Source: Candidatus Methanomethylicia archaeon
Lineage (GTDB): Archaea; Thermoproteota; Methanomethylicia; Culexarchaeales; Culexarchaeaceae
Direction of reading: 5' to 3'
DNA length: 64,000 nucleotides
NCBI GenBank assembly: GCA_038727515.1
Contig: JAVYVS010000001.1
Location: 448,001-512,000 of the forward strand
The notes under the pieces: model-generated
What the model was told of the DNA's origin: nothing
The model's database searches: none
The model's input: only the letters and a program-made list of their open reading frames with translations
Part shown: positions 9,721 to 20,848 of the stretch, piece after piece
Layout of the letters: the number at the start of each line of letters is the position of its first letter
How positions within the stretch are numbered: the stretch's first letter is position 1
Made by a program: the position numbers and the translations under genes

Positions 9721-11235
9721 TTAAACTAAACCCTTTAAAAACAATAGTATATTAACGAGATAAGGCTCTAAAACTATTAGTAATATAAGTCTAATAATGT
9801 CAGAGATCATGCCAACTTTAAACATATTCCATAATTTAACATAACCAGAACCATAAACGATAGCCATGGGTGGGGTGGTGCTTGGAAGTGCACTAGAAAT
9901 GGAGGAGGCTAAGGCAGCAGAAATAACAGCAGCCATTGGATTAACACCAACACTCTTAGCTAAAGAAACAGCTAGAGGACATGCTATAAGTGCAGCAGCA
10001 GTATTTGAAGCAGGATAAGTTATTATAAAAGCTAATAATGCACTTAAAGCGGAAATAACCCAAATATTCCCAATCCAATTAGAACTAAAATTGGACATTA
10101 ACAAAGCAACCCACTCAGAAAATCCACTTCCAATTAAAGCTTTACTCATAGATATCCCACCACCGAAAAGGAAGACAACATTCCAATCTATACCAGTTTC
10201 AAAATCATCCCAAGTCAATAAAGGTCTATCATCAACTTTAATGAAGCAAAGGAGGAAAATGGCGAGAACAGCTGGAAAAGCTTCTGGAATCAGATTTTTA
10301 AAAGATTCAGCAATAAAACTTAATTGTGGATAAATATTTGATAAAATTATAAATATCCCGGGAAAAAGCCATAAAGATATCGTTATGAAAAACACCATTA
10401 AAACAAGTTTCTCACCACGAGACATAGGTTCAAGAGATTTAACTCTTTCCTCTATTAATTTATAATCGAATTTCACTTCCACAGAGGAAACACCAATCAA
10501 TTTAAAAGCTAAAATCCAACTAACAATTAAACCAATGATGGCATGAATACCACCTACAATAAACCAATCTAGAAATGTTAGAGTAACTCCAGGTATACTA
10601 TTCTCAATAACTCTCTTAGCAATAAGATTTGGAGGTGTACTAATTAAGAATAACATAGCACCTGCAGTAGAAGCTTGAGCAAGAGATAACATTGTAGCTT
10701 CAGCAAAAGAACTTCCTATAACAAATCCCATGGATGAAAGATAAGCCACAACTATCGGATAAACAATAGTTGTAGAAGCAGTAATAGATCCAGTAACAGT
10801 TAATAAGAAGGCTGGTAAACAAGCAATGAAAAATGCGGAGAAAATAGGATTTTCACCCTTATAAATCGTAGACGCTTTAAAAGCAATCCTCCTATCTAAA
10901 CCCCAAACTTGAAAAGCTCTAGCCAAAGCAAAACCACCCATAAAAACCCAAATAATACTATCCATAAAGGATGTGAGAGAATCCTGCCAAGAAACAAACC
11001 CTAGTAGTGAAAAGATTAATGGAGAGAGAAGAGAAGCAACACCCAGTGGAACAACTTCAAAAATCCACCAAGAAGCAATCCAAATCATACCGCCAAGAGC
11101 AATCTGAGGAGCTTTAAGCATAGACGCACCAACAATTAAACTAGCATCATAAACCATAGGTAAAGGGGGAACTAGAAATAAGAGTAAGAAAACCACAGGC
11201 CCAAATAAAAATTTAAATAAATCCCTAAACCTCAA
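9721..11235 (-). CDS. SLC13/DASS family di-/tricarboxylate or sulfate transporter
   Basis: Many TM helices; STPPN, IDWNVVFLFGGG, SNTAAA and LPSTTPPMAIVYG motifs. Confidence 0.9.
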   Translation of the reverse strand: MRFRDLFKFLFGPVVFLLLFLVPPLPMVYDASLIVGASMLKAPQIALGGMIWIASWWIFEVVPLGVASLLSPLIFSLLGFVSWQDSLTSFMDSIIWVFMGGFALARAFQVWGLDRRIAFKASTIYKGENPIFSAFFIACLPAFLLTVTGSITASTTIVYPIVVAYLSSMGFVIGSSFAEATMLSLAQASTAGAMLFLISTPPNLIAKRVIENSIPGVTLTFLDWFIVGGIHAIIGLIVSWILAFKLIGVSSVEVKFDYKLIEERVKSLEPMSRGEKLVLMVFFITISLWLFPGIFIILSNIYPQLSFIAESFKNLIPEAFPAVLAIFLLCFIKVDDRPLLTWDDFETGIDWNVVFLFGGGISMSKALIGSGFSEWVALLMSNFSSNWIGNIWVISALSALLAFIITYPASNTAAALIACPLAVSLAKSVGVNPMAAVISAALASSISSALPSTTPPMAIVYGSGYVKLWNMFKVGMISDIIRLILLIVLEPYLVNILLFLKGLV

Positions 11236-11504
11236 ATATGATCCCCAAAATCCAAAGTAAAATCGTGAATAAATAATTTCCCATTATAAAAAGTTGCAAG
11301 TAAAATGTTGATAATATAAAAATGATTACTCAAAGTGGATAAATAAGTTGAAAAATATTTTACAAATATAAAATAATATTATGATATATGACAAAATAAA
11401 AACGTAAACCCCAAAGGCATAATAGACCTCTATCCACTTTTGGTAAAGCTTATTTACTTTATGATGCATAAAGTATATAATAATTACATTAAGGTGGGAA
11501 AAAG

Positions 11505-12947
11505 GTGGAGGAGGTTATTAATAAAGCTTTAGAAACAGCATTAGCAAATGGAGCTACATATGCTGATGTAAGAATTGTAGAAATAATCACTGAAAACATA
11601 GTTACAAGAAATGCAAAAATAAGAAATCTAGTTTTAGGGAGAAGTAAGGGTATAGGTGTTAGAGCTTTAGTAAAAGGTGCTTGGGGATTCCATAGCACCT
11701 ATGAAGTAACACCTACAGAAGCTGAAAAAGTTGCAAAGGAAGCTGTAAAAATAGCCAGAGCAAGTGCCATGGTAAAGAAGAAGGATGTAAAACTTGCACC
11801 AGTAAAACCAGTAAAAGATAGTTACAAAACTCCATATATTAAAGATCCATTTCAAGTACCATTGGAGGAAAAGATAAAACTATTGATTGAAAGTGATAAA
11901 AGAGCTATGGCTGTAGGCGGAGAAATAAAGGTTGCATCTTCAACAATGCAAGCTCGAAGAGAGAAAAAGATTTTTGCAAGTAGTGAAGGTGCATATATAA
12001 CACAAGAAATAACATGGTGTGGAGCATCTCAAACAGCTGTAGCAATAGGCTATGGAGATATGCAAGATAGATCTTTTGATGGAAGAAATTATAATACTGG
12101 AGGATATGAAATAATAGAAGCAGTAAATCTACCGGAAAAAGCTGAAGAAAGTGGTAAAGAAGCAATTCAATTGTTAAAGGCAAGGAATTGCCCACAAATG
12201 GTAACAAATGTGATAATTGGTGGAAGTCAATTAGCATTACAAATACATGAATCATGTGGGCATCCCACAGAACTTGATAGAGCTTTAGGAGCAGAAGCAG
12301 CATATGCTGGAACAAGCTTCCTAACCCCAGATAAACTGGGTAAATTTAGATATGGAAGTGAAATAGTAAATCTAGTTGCAGATGCAACAGCTCCAGGAGG
12401 TCTTGGAACCTTTGGATATGATGATGAAGGAGTACCAGCACAAAGAGTTTACTTAGTGAGGGAGGGTATATTTGTAAACTATTTAAGTGATAGAACTTCA
12501 GCTGGAGAATTAGGTTTAGAAAGTACTGGAGCTGCAAGAGCATCTGGATGGAATAGGATACCAATAGTTAGAATGACAAATATAAATCTTGAACCAGGAG
12601 ATTGGGATTTTGAAGAATTAATAAGAGAAACTAAACAAGGAATATACATGGAGACAAATAGAAGCTGGAGCATAGATGATAAGAGGCTGAATTTCCAATT
12701 TGGAACACAAATAGCATATTTGATAGAGAATGGAGAAATGAAGGAATTAGTTAAAAACGCTGTTTACACTGGAATAACATATGAATTCTGGAGGAATTGT
12801 GATGCCATATGCAATTCCAAATATTGGAGAATGTATGGAACTCCAAATTGTGGTAAAGGTCAACCTGGACAAATGATGTATGTGGGGCATGGAACAGCTC
12901 CAGCAAGATTTAAGAATATAAGGGTATTTGGAGGTGTGAGAAGATGA
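11505..12947 (+). CDS. tldD: TldD family metalloprotease
   Basis: YADVR, HESCGHPTE (HExxGH), YDDEG, RMTN and CGKGQ motifs. Confidence 0.93.
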   Translation: MEEVINKALETALANGATYADVRIVEIITENIVTRNAKIRNLVLGRSKGIGVRALVKGAWGFHSTYEVTPTEAEKVAKEAVKIARASAMVKKKDVKLAPVKPVKDSYKTPYIKDPFQVPLEEKIKLLIESDKRAMAVGGEIKVASSTMQARREKKIFASSEGAYITQEITWCGASQTAVAIGYGDMQDRSFDGRNYNTGGYEIIEAVNLPEKAEESGKEAIQLLKARNCPQMVTNVIIGGSQLALQIHESCGHPTELDRALGAEAAYAGTSFLTPDKLGKFRYGSEIVNLVADATAPGGLGTFGYDDEGVPAQRVYLVREGIFVNYLSDRTSAGELGLESTGAARASGWNRIPIVRMTNINLEPGDWDFEELIRETKQGIYMETNRSWSIDDKRLNFQFGTQIAYLIENGEMKELVKNAVYTGITYEFWRNCDAICNSKYWRMYGTPNCGKGQPGQMMYVGHGTAPARFKNIRVFGGVRR

Positions 12948-14302
12948 TTCTAGGTAAAGAAACATGTTTAGAAATAGCTAACAAAATTGTTAAGGGAGCA
13001 TTAAATGCTGGGGCTACACAAGTTGAAGTAGCAATTATGAATAATAGAAGCTATCTAACAAGATTTGCTAATTCAGTTATACATCAAAATGTTGGTGAAA
13101 GAACGATAAATGTAATGTTGAGAACAGTTTTAGGTAAAAAGATTAGTAGCGTTATGGCTAATGATATAAGTGAAGAAACAATTCAAAATCTTATTCAAAC
13201 AGGCTTAAAATTAGCAAAAATAGCGGAAGAAAACCCCGATTTTGTAAGTCTACCAGAACCTGAACCCATACCTAGAATAACTGGATTATACGTTAGAGAT
13301 ACAGCTGAATGTACAGCTAAAAGAAGAGCTGAAATGGTTAAGGAAATTATAGATTCAGCACACTCAATATCGAAAAATGTGGATTCAGTCTCTGGAGCAT
13401 TAACAACATCAACTAGTGAATACTGTATTGTAAACTCTTTAGGAATAAATGCATATACAAAGTTGACAGCTGCAGATGTAAATGTAACAGTAATAGCTAA
13501 AGATGGAGATTCAGAGGGATTTGGATATAGTGAGGGTATTTCAAGAAATGTAAAAACTCTAGATCCAAAAGCTCTTGGTATTGAAGCAGCTGAAAGAGCT
13601 GTAAAAAGTTTACATCCAGTTTTAATAGAGCCAGGAGAATATGAAGTAATATTAGAGCCATATGCTGTACAAACAGCATTAGCATATACAGCACAGGGAT
13701 TTAGTGCTGAAGCATATCAAAATGGTATGAGTTTCATGAATGACGTTATGGGTAAAAAAGTTATGAGTGAAAACTTCAATTTATGGGATGATGGAACAGA
13801 TAAAACTGGAATGGCCGTACCATTTGATGCAGAAGGAGTACCAAAGAAAAAGGTGGTTCTAATAGAGAATGGTGTACCAAAGGGGCTAGTATACGATAGT
13901 TTCACAGCACATAAAGAAGGAAAGAAGTCAACTGGTCATTCAGGTAGATTTGCACCCATGCCTTCACACATCTTCATAAAACCTGGAGATGCAACAAAAG
14001 ATGAAATGATAAGAGAAACAAGGAGGGGAATATTAGTTACATACTTCCACTACGTTAGAACAGTACATGCAAAAACAATAACAATAACTGGAATGACTAG
14101 AAATGGAACATGGTATATTGAAAATGGAGAAATAAAGTATCCAGTAAAGAACCTAAGATTTACAGATAGTTTATTAAAGGCTTATGGAACAATAGATATG
14201 ATAGGCAAGGAATTAAAGGTTCTTGGAGGAATAAGTAATAGTGTAGTAGTTCCACCATTAAAGATAGGCAAATTCCTATTTACTGGGGTAACAGAATTCT
14301 AA
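12944..14302 (+). CDS. pmbA: TldE/PmbA family protein
   Basis: TRFANS, PFDAEG, STGH and TGMTRNG motifs; lacks HExxH; ATGA overlap with tldD. Confidence 0.9.
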   Translation: MILGKETCLEIANKIVKGALNAGATQVEVAIMNNRSYLTRFANSVIHQNVGERTINVMLRTVLGKKISSVMANDISEETIQNLIQTGLKLAKIAEENPDFVSLPEPEPIPRITGLYVRDTAECTAKRRAEMVKEIIDSAHSISKNVDSVSGALTTSTSEYCIVNSLGINAYTKLTAADVNVTVIAKDGDSEGFGYSEGISRNVKTLDPKALGIEAAERAVKSLHPVLIEPGEYEVILEPYAVQTALAYTAQGFSAEAYQNGMSFMNDVMGKKVMSENFNLWDDGTDKTGMAVPFDAEGVPKKKVVLIENGVPKGLVYDSFTAHKEGKKSTGHSGRFAPMPSHIFIKPGDATKDEMIRETRRGILVTYFHYVRTVHAKTITITGMTRNGTWYIENGEIKYPVKNLRFTDSLLKAYGTIDMIGKELKVLGGISNSVVVPPLKIGKFLFTGVTEF

Positions 14303-14317
14303 ATTAAATTAAAAATA

Positions 14318-14340
14318 ATTTTCCCCTTTTTTCCCTCTCC
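14318..14340 (+). terminator. Pyrimidine-rich putative archaeal terminator after tldE
   Basis: tttttccccttttttccctctcc immediately downstream of the stop codon. Confidence 0.4.
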
Positions 14341-14447
14341 CATATGTTTAGAGTAAATCCATATTGTATATAGTAAGTGATATATTGTACATGAATTAAA
14401 TAATTTTCAACTTTGTAATTATGGAGTACTTTGGGTAAGGTGTCTCG

Positions 14448-15635
14448 ATGACCTTAAAAAGCAATGCAGAAAGTAGAAAGCTAATGTTGTATAGTTTGTT
14501 CGGTAGGGGAATAATGAGTATAGGAATGAATTATAGTGGTATTTATGCAGCGGAAATTATAGGTTTAGGTGCTGGAGAATTTGGAATTTCAAGTGCACTA
14601 TCAACAATAGCAACACAATTGACACAACCATTATGGGGTTACATAAGTGATTTAAAGGGTGTTAGAAAGTATTTTATTGCATTAGGTGAAATTATATTTG
14701 GAATTACAACTGCCCTAGTTTTCACATTAAAAACATTTCAACAATACATGTTATCATCAATAATAATATGGGTATTCTGGAGTGGTGCCTTCGTATGTTG
14801 GCAGGCATTAATGGGGGATTTAACAACAAAAGATCATAGAGGTAGAACTATTGGAATAATTGAATTTGCTGGTATAGGAGGAGCATTAATTGCAAATATT
14901 ATAGTTGGACCATTGATAGATGTACATGGCTATGGTATAGCCACTATAACAACAATAATATTTACACTACTAGCAGTAATACCAGTACTAATAATACATG
15001 AAGAAGGGGATATATTAGATGAAAATAAAGTTAAATATAGATTCTCATGGAAAATAGATGCAACAAATGAGTATAAGAAATACTTGATTTTAAGCACTTT
15101 ATGGTGGGGTGTAATGTCTATTTCATGGCCAATATTCTCATTAACACAAGTTAAAATATTTTGTTTAACAAAAACAGAAGTAGCAATACTATCTATAACT
15201 GGGAGTATAGGGCAGATGATTATGATGCCATTATGGGGGAATATAGCAGATAAATTTGGAAGGAGAAACTTATTGGTTATATCATGCATGTTAACATCCA
15301 TATGGCCATTAGCATATGCTATAAGTCAAAACTACATACAATTATTAGTATTAAATACCATTGGAAGTGCACTTGGATCTTCAATAAACATTATTCCAGG
15401 AATATATCTATTGGATACAATACCATTAAAAGAGAATAGAGCTACTCTTGTATCAATATATAACACGATTACAGGAGGAGCTCAAGCCATTGGACAGTAT
15501 ATTGGAGGAGAAATAGCATCCAACAATGGTTTAAGGGAGACTATGATGTTAAGTGCAATATTGAGAATTATGTTTGCAATACCAATGTTTACTTTACCAG
15601 AAACATTAACTAAAAGTTCAAAGAAAGTTGAGTAA
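14448..15635 (+). CDS. MFS transporter
   Basis: WGYISDLKGVRK and WGNIADKFGRR motif A repeats; about 12 TM helices; ends in LPET. Confidence 0.9.
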   Translation: MTLKSNAESRKLMLYSLFGRGIMSIGMNYSGIYAAEIIGLGAGEFGISSALSTIATQLTQPLWGYISDLKGVRKYFIALGEIIFGITTALVFTLKTFQQYMLSSIIIWVFWSGAFVCWQALMGDLTTKDHRGRTIGIIEFAGIGGALIANIIVGPLIDVHGYGIATITTIIFTLLAVIPVLIIHEEGDILDENKVKYRFSWKIDATNEYKKYLILSTLWWGVMSISWPIFSLTQVKIFCLTKTEVAILSITGSIGQMIMMPLWGNIADKFGRRNLLVISCMLTSIWPLAYAISQNYIQLLVLNTIGSALGSSINIIPGIYLLDTIPLKENRATLVSIYNTITGGAQAIGQYIGGEIASNNGLRETMMLSAILRIMFAIPMFTLPETLTKSSKKVE

Positions 15636-16343
15636 TCAACTAATTTTTAAGATAATATCCAAAACATTTTCTAAACTATTAGTTTTAAAGGGATAGTTAA
15701 TGGATGAATCATTGGTAAACCATATGGCTTTCATACCTAAATTCAATGCTCCAATAATATCAGTATTATAATCATCTCCAACCATAATGGATTTTGAAGG
15801 ATCTGAAGATAAGGAATTCAATGCACATTTAAATATTTCAGGTCTAGGCTTCCTAAAACCAACTATACATGAAAGAGTTAATGAATCTAGGAAATCATAT
15901 AAATCATAAATCTTTAAAACTTCAATAACCTCAAGATCAATATAAACATTTGATATTAATCCAATTTTAAATCCATAACTCTTAAGATCCTCAAGAAATT
16001 TATTTGCACCTTTAATTGGAGAAGTTAAATTAAAAAGTGGAAGCATATATGCAGTTCTAAGCCTATCCATAAATTCAGGTTCACGATTAAAGATATTCAA
16101 TAAAGATAGAAAGATTCTAAGTTCAAGATTTAATGGTATTTCAATGAAGAATGATTCTCTAATATTATCACAAATCCTCCTAGAAGAAGTATGAGCCAAT
16201 AAAGTCTTATCCATATCAAAAGAATACCCAAAATCACGAAGTACATCATTTAAACATTTAGCTCTAAATCTAAAATACTCTTGTTCATCAACTATTGGAG
16301 CTATAAGAGTCTTCCAAAAGTCAACAAACACAACTTTAAACAT
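15636..16343 (-). CDS. HAD-superfamily hydrolase
   Basis: FVDFWKTL, ISN, RKPRPEIF and MVGDDYNTDIIGA motifs. Confidence 0.88.
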   Translation of the reverse strand: MFKVVFVDFWKTLIAPIVDEQEYFRFRAKCLNDVLRDFGYSFDMDKTLLAHTSSRRICDNIRESFFIEIPLNLELRIFLSLLNIFNREPEFMDRLRTAYMLPLFNLTSPIKGANKFLEDLKSYGFKIGLISNVYIDLEVIEVLKIYDLYDFLDSLTLSCIVGFRKPRPEIFKCALNSLSSDPSKSIMVGDDYNTDIIGALNLGMKAIWFTNDSSINYPFKTNSLENVLDIILKIS

Positions 16344-16426
16344 AAAACAACATAAACAAACTAAAATAAAAAGATAATGTGAATCATTTATAAATTCAGA
16401 GTAGAATATAGTAGTATTAGGGGAGA

Positions 16427-18835
16427 ATGGAGTTAAAACCAGTAGAAAAATTAAGGAGAGAATTACGTGGAGAAGAATTAAAGGTGAATTTAACCTTTGA
16501 AAAGATAAAATGTGAATCTACAGAAGAAGCTAAACCATTAGAAGGAATAATAGGTCAAGAAAAAGCTGTAAAAGCAATAAGATTTGGTTTAGAAATGAAG
16601 GAAAAGGGATTCAACATATATTTATCTGGTAAACCTGGAACTGGGAGAACAACAGCAATAAAAGAATTCCTACAAGAAATCGCAAAAGGAAAACCAACAC
16701 CAAATGATTGGTGCTACGTATATAACTTTAAAGATCCATACAGACCAATAAGTATAAGATTACCGCCAGGTAAAGGTATAGAATTTAAAAGAGATGTGGA
16801 AAATCTAATAGAATATGCAAAGATAAATATTCCAAGAGCATTCCAAAGTGAAGAATATACAAGTAAGAGGGAGGCAATAATTAGGAGGGTTGAAGAAAAA
16901 CAGCGAAAAATATTGGAGGAACTGGATTTAAAAGCTAGGAGAGAAGGATTTATTATAAGAAGTAGTCCAGCAGGGATAATTTTAACTCCAATAATTGATG
17001 GAAAGCCTTTAAGTGATGAAACATTAATGAAAATGAAAGAAGAAGAAAGGAGAAGGATATTAGAGAAACAATCAAAAATATTAGAAGAATTTAGAGAGAC
17101 AATTAAGCAAGTTAGAATGTTAGAGTTTAAAGTTAATGAAGAATTAAAGGAATTAGATAAAGAGGTAGCGGCATACTCCATTGAACATGTTTATATGGTT
17201 TTAAAGGAGAAGTATAAGGGTAATGAAGATGTAGAATCCTATTTAAATGAACTACATAATGACATCATAAAAAATTATACGAGGTTTTTAGGGAAAAAGA
17301 TGGAGAAAGAAGAGGAGGAATACGAGGAATATACATTCTTAAGAAGATATGAAGTAAACGTTATCGTAGATAATTCTAATTTAAATGGTGCACCAGTAGT
17401 TGTTGAATACAATCCAACATATGTTAATTTAATTGGTAAAATAGAGAAGGAAACTAGATATGGATTACTATATACTGATCATACAATGATACGTGCAGGT
17501 GCACTACATAAAGCTAATGGTGGATATCTAGTGATTCAAGTGGAAGATGTTTTGAGAAATCCATTTGCATGGGATGGATTAAAACTTGCATTAAGATATG
17601 GGTATATATCAATTGAAGAACCATCTGAAGTTTCAGGATTAACGACGGTAAAGGGTTTAAGACCAACTCCAATACCATTGGATATAAAGGTGATATTAAT
17701 AGGAACACCGTTAATATACGAATTATTAATGCTATATGATCCAGATTTCAAAGAACTATTTAAAGTAAAAGCTGAATTTGATACTGTAATGGAATTAAAT
17801 GATGAAAACATTGAGAAATATATTTCCTTCATATGTACATTATGTAAAAAGGAGAATCTAAAACACTTAGATGCAAAAGCAGTTAAAAGGTTAATTGAAT
17901 ATAGTTCAAGGCTTGCTGGAAGTCAGGATAAGATATCTACAATATTCTCAGAAATCTCTGATATAATTAGGGAAGCAAGCTTTTATGCAAAAATGGAAAA
18001 CTCAAAATTCATAATGGAATCACATATTAAAAGAGCATTAGAAGAAAAGGTTTATAGAACAAATTTAATAGAAGAGAAAATACTGGAACTTATAAAACGT
18101 GGAATAATACTTATAGATGTCCATGGTAAAGCCATTGGACAAGTAAATGGACTTTCAATAATACAAATAGGAGAACTCACCTTTGGAAAACCAGTAAGGA
18201 TAACAGCCACAGTAGGATTGGGGAGAGAGGGTATAATAAATATTGAGAGAGAAGCTGAATTAAGTGGGCCAATACATACAAAGGGTGTAATGATAATAAG
18301 TGGATATTTAACGGAGAAATATGCATATGATAAACCATTAACTCTCTCAGCAAGATTGGTATTTGAACAAAGTTATGAAGGGGTTGAAGGTGATAGTGCA
18401 TCAAGTGCAGAGCTATATGCATTGCTATCAGCATTATCAGGAATTCCAATAAAACAATCTATCGCAGTAACGGGATCAGTAAATCAAAAGGGTGAAATTC
18501 AAGCCGTTGGAGGAATAAATGAAAAGATTGAAGGATTCTACAAGGTATGTAAAATAAAGGGATTAAATGGAGAACAAGGAGTAATAATACCTGAAAGCAA
18601 TATTAAAGATTTAAATCTCCATGATGAAGTTATAGAAGCTGTAGAAAAGGGGTTATTCCATATATATCCAATAAAAACCATAGATGAAGGAATAGAAATA
18701 TTAACTGGAATTAAAGCTGGAGAAAGAAAGCCAGATGGAGGATTTGAAGAAGGTACAATAAACTACCTTGTAGATAAGAAATTGAGGGAATTTGCAGAGA
18801 AAACAAAAGAATTTTATAGAGAAGTAATCAGATAG
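16427..18835 (+). CDS. Lon-like protease (LonC/AAA_32 type, S16 family)
   Basis: IIGQEKA, GKPGTGRTT, coiled-coil insert, GALHKANGGYL, GQVNGL, EGDSASSAE catalytic Ser, GGINEKIEGF catalytic Lys; no TM insert. Confidence 0.92.
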   Translation: MELKPVEKLRRELRGEELKVNLTFEKIKCESTEEAKPLEGIIGQEKAVKAIRFGLEMKEKGFNIYLSGKPGTGRTTAIKEFLQEIAKGKPTPNDWCYVYNFKDPYRPISIRLPPGKGIEFKRDVENLIEYAKINIPRAFQSEEYTSKREAIIRRVEEKQRKILEELDLKARREGFIIRSSPAGIILTPIIDGKPLSDETLMKMKEEERRRILEKQSKILEEFRETIKQVRMLEFKVNEELKELDKEVAAYSIEHVYMVLKEKYKGNEDVESYLNELHNDIIKNYTRFLGKKMEKEEEEYEEYTFLRRYEVNVIVDNSNLNGAPVVVEYNPTYVNLIGKIEKETRYGLLYTDHTMIRAGALHKANGGYLVIQVEDVLRNPFAWDGLKLALRYGYISIEEPSEVSGLTTVKGLRPTPIPLDIKVILIGTPLIYELLMLYDPDFKELFKVKAEFDTVMELNDENIEKYISFICTLCKKENLKHLDAKAVKRLIEYSSRLAGSQDKISTIFSEISDIIREASFYAKMENSKFIMESHIKRALEEKVYRTNLIEEKILELIKRGIILIDVHGKAIGQVNGLSIIQIGELTFGKPVRITATVGLGREGIINIEREAELSGPIHTKGVMIISGYLTEKYAYDKPLTLSARLVFEQSYEGVEGDSASSAELYALLSALSGIPIKQSIAVTGSVNQKGEIQAVGGINEKIEGFYKVCKIKGLNGEQGVIIPESNIKDLNLHDEVIEAVEKGLFHIYPIKTIDEGIEILTGIKAGERKPDGGFEEGTINYLVDKKLREFAEKTKEFYREVIR

Positions 18836-18862
18836 GTTTCTAATAAATTTAAGTTGGAAAAT

Positions 18863-19462
18863 TTATTTTAAATCAATCTTTAATTTGAATGAGACAATAG
18901 CTTTAATATCATTGAAGACCTCCTCAATACTTCTCTCACCATCTACAATAAACCAGCCAAATTTTTTAGCAAGAAATTTATATCCCTCTCTAACCCTACT
19001 TAGAAAATTTAGATCTGCTTCATATCTATCAACATTACCACGAGACCTCTTAATAGAGGTTTCAGGCGAGATATCAATTACTATAACTAGATTAGGCTCT
19101 GGAAGACCTTTCTCAATGCATATCATCCAATCCAATGGTAGATTGTTGGCATAACCATAAGCTAAACCTGATGGTATATATCTATCAGCTATAACAATCT
19201 TACCCTTCCTTAACCAATCTTCTATTAAATCCTTTCTCTCCCATCTATTTGCAGCATACAATAATTGTCTAACCTCAGGAGTAAAGTATTTCCCACGATT
19301 AAGGAAGGATTTAATTTCCCTACCAATATCAGTTGTATAATCTGGGAAAGATATTATTTCAACATTAAATCCTCTACTCATTAACCAACTTCTTAACATT
19401 AATGCTTGTGTAGCTTTACCAGATTTATCTATACCCTCCAAAGCTATTAGCAAGTAAAACAC
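18863..19462 (-). CDS. tmk: Thymidylate kinase
   Basis: EGIDKSGKATQ P-loop, SFP, LLYAANRWE and ADRY motifs. Confidence 0.95.
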   Translation of the reverse strand: MFYLLIALEGIDKSGKATQALMLRSWLMSRGFNVEIISFPDYTTDIGREIKSFLNRGKYFTPEVRQLLYAANRWERKDLIEDWLRKGKIVIADRYIPSGLAYGYANNLPLDWMICIEKGLPEPNLVIVIDISPETSIKRSRGNVDRYEADLNFLSRVREGYKFLAKKFGWFIVDGERSIEEVFNDIKAIVSFKLKIDLK

Positions 19463-19527
19463 CTTATATTATCAACGCTTCAAATATATATTACAAATTA
19501 TTTAAAATATTTGGAGAAGAATGAGAC

Positions 19528-20823
19528 ATGAGTAAAATGATTGAAATTAGAGATCCAATACATGGATACATATTTGCAAATGAATTAGAGAAAGAGGTAA
19601 TAGATACAAGAGTTTTCCAAAGACTTAGAAGAATAAATCAGCTTGGAATGGCATATCTCACATATCCAGGTGCAGAACATAAGAGATTTATACATAGTAT
19701 TGGAGCTATGCATTTAGCGGGTGAAGTTGGAGAACATCTATTTAAAATGGGGGAAATAAATAGAGAAGAAGAACAATACATAAGATTAGCAGCATTACTA
19801 CATGATCTAGGTCATGGACCATTTTCACATACATTTGAAGATGTAATGGTGAAATACCTTAATAAAACACATGAAGACATTACAATATGGTTGATAAAAA
19901 ATACGGAAATAAAGGATATAATTGAGAAAAACGGTTATGACCCAGAAGACTTATCACAACTCTCAGTAGGTAGGAGAAAACATAAACTTAAACCATTCAT
20001 AGATGACATTATATCAAGCCCTTTCGACGTAGATAAAATGGATTTCTTAGTTAGAGATTCACATTTCACGGGAGTTCAATATGGTCTAGTGGATATTAAG
20101 AGATTAATATTTTCCATGAATGTTATAGAAGACCATTTAGCAATAGAAGTTCCAGGAGCATTATATGCATTAGAATCATTCATAATGGCACGTTATGAAA
20201 TGTTTAAAGCAGTATACTATCATAGGACTGTTAGAAGTGCAAATGTAATGATGAGTAGAGCAATGGATTTAGCTGCAGAATACTTAGGGATACCAAACAT
20301 AAAGAATCCAGAGGACTACATAATAATGGATGATGCATACATAATAATGAGAATAAGAGAATTAAAGAATGAAAAAGATGAAAATATGCGATTAGCATAT
20401 GAAATGATAGATATGCTTGAGAGAAGACAATTATTAAAATGTGCATATGAAGCAACAATACATACAAGAGACAAGTATGTCTCAAGTATACTATCAAAAG
20501 AACATGTTAGAAGAGAACTTGAGAGAGAAATAGCTAGAGAAGCAAATGTACCAGAGGAACGTGTATTCATAGATCTACCAACACTACCATCAATACCATA
20601 CAGCCCAAAGCAAATAGATCCAATGGAAGTATATACATTTGAAGAAATTGATAATACAAAGGTTTTGAGGAGATTAAGTGAAATATCAAATATAGCAAGT
20701 GTATTAAAGGGATATGTAGATGTACTTAGAGTATACACATTCCCAGAATATAGAGAAGAAGTGAAAAAAGCTTCAACAAAAATATTTGGAGAAAGTTCAA
20801 TAACCATGAGAATATCAGTATAA
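19528..20823 (+). CDS. HD-domain phosphohydrolase (SAMHD1-like dNTPase family)
   Basis: RDPIHG, FQRLRRINQLG, H-x-RF-x-HS, LLHDLGHGPFSH, DVDKMDFLVRD and VYYH motifs. Confidence 0.92.
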   Translation: MSKMIEIRDPIHGYIFANELEKEVIDTRVFQRLRRINQLGMAYLTYPGAEHKRFIHSIGAMHLAGEVGEHLFKMGEINREEEQYIRLAALLHDLGHGPFSHTFEDVMVKYLNKTHEDITIWLIKNTEIKDIIEKNGYDPEDLSQLSVGRRKHKLKPFIDDIISSPFDVDKMDFLVRDSHFTGVQYGLVDIKRLIFSMNVIEDHLAIEVPGALYALESFIMARYEMFKAVYYHRTVRSANVMMSRAMDLAAEYLGIPNIKNPEDYIIMDDAYIIMRIRELKNEKDENMRLAYEMIDMLERRQLLKCAYEATIHTRDKYVSSILSKEHVRRELEREIAREANVPEERVFIDLPTLPSIPYSPKQIDPMEVYTFEEIDNTKVLRRLSEISNIASVLKGYVDVLRVYTFPEYREEVKKASTKIFGESSITMRISV

Positions 20824-20848
20824 ATTTAAGTGTAGATAATTTGGAATT

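Noticed and set aside
11236-11504. 270-nt AT-rich intergenic region considered as a replication origin or ncRNA
   Set aside because: No repeated ORB-like boxes and no adjacent cdc6; it is adequately explained as divergent promoters.
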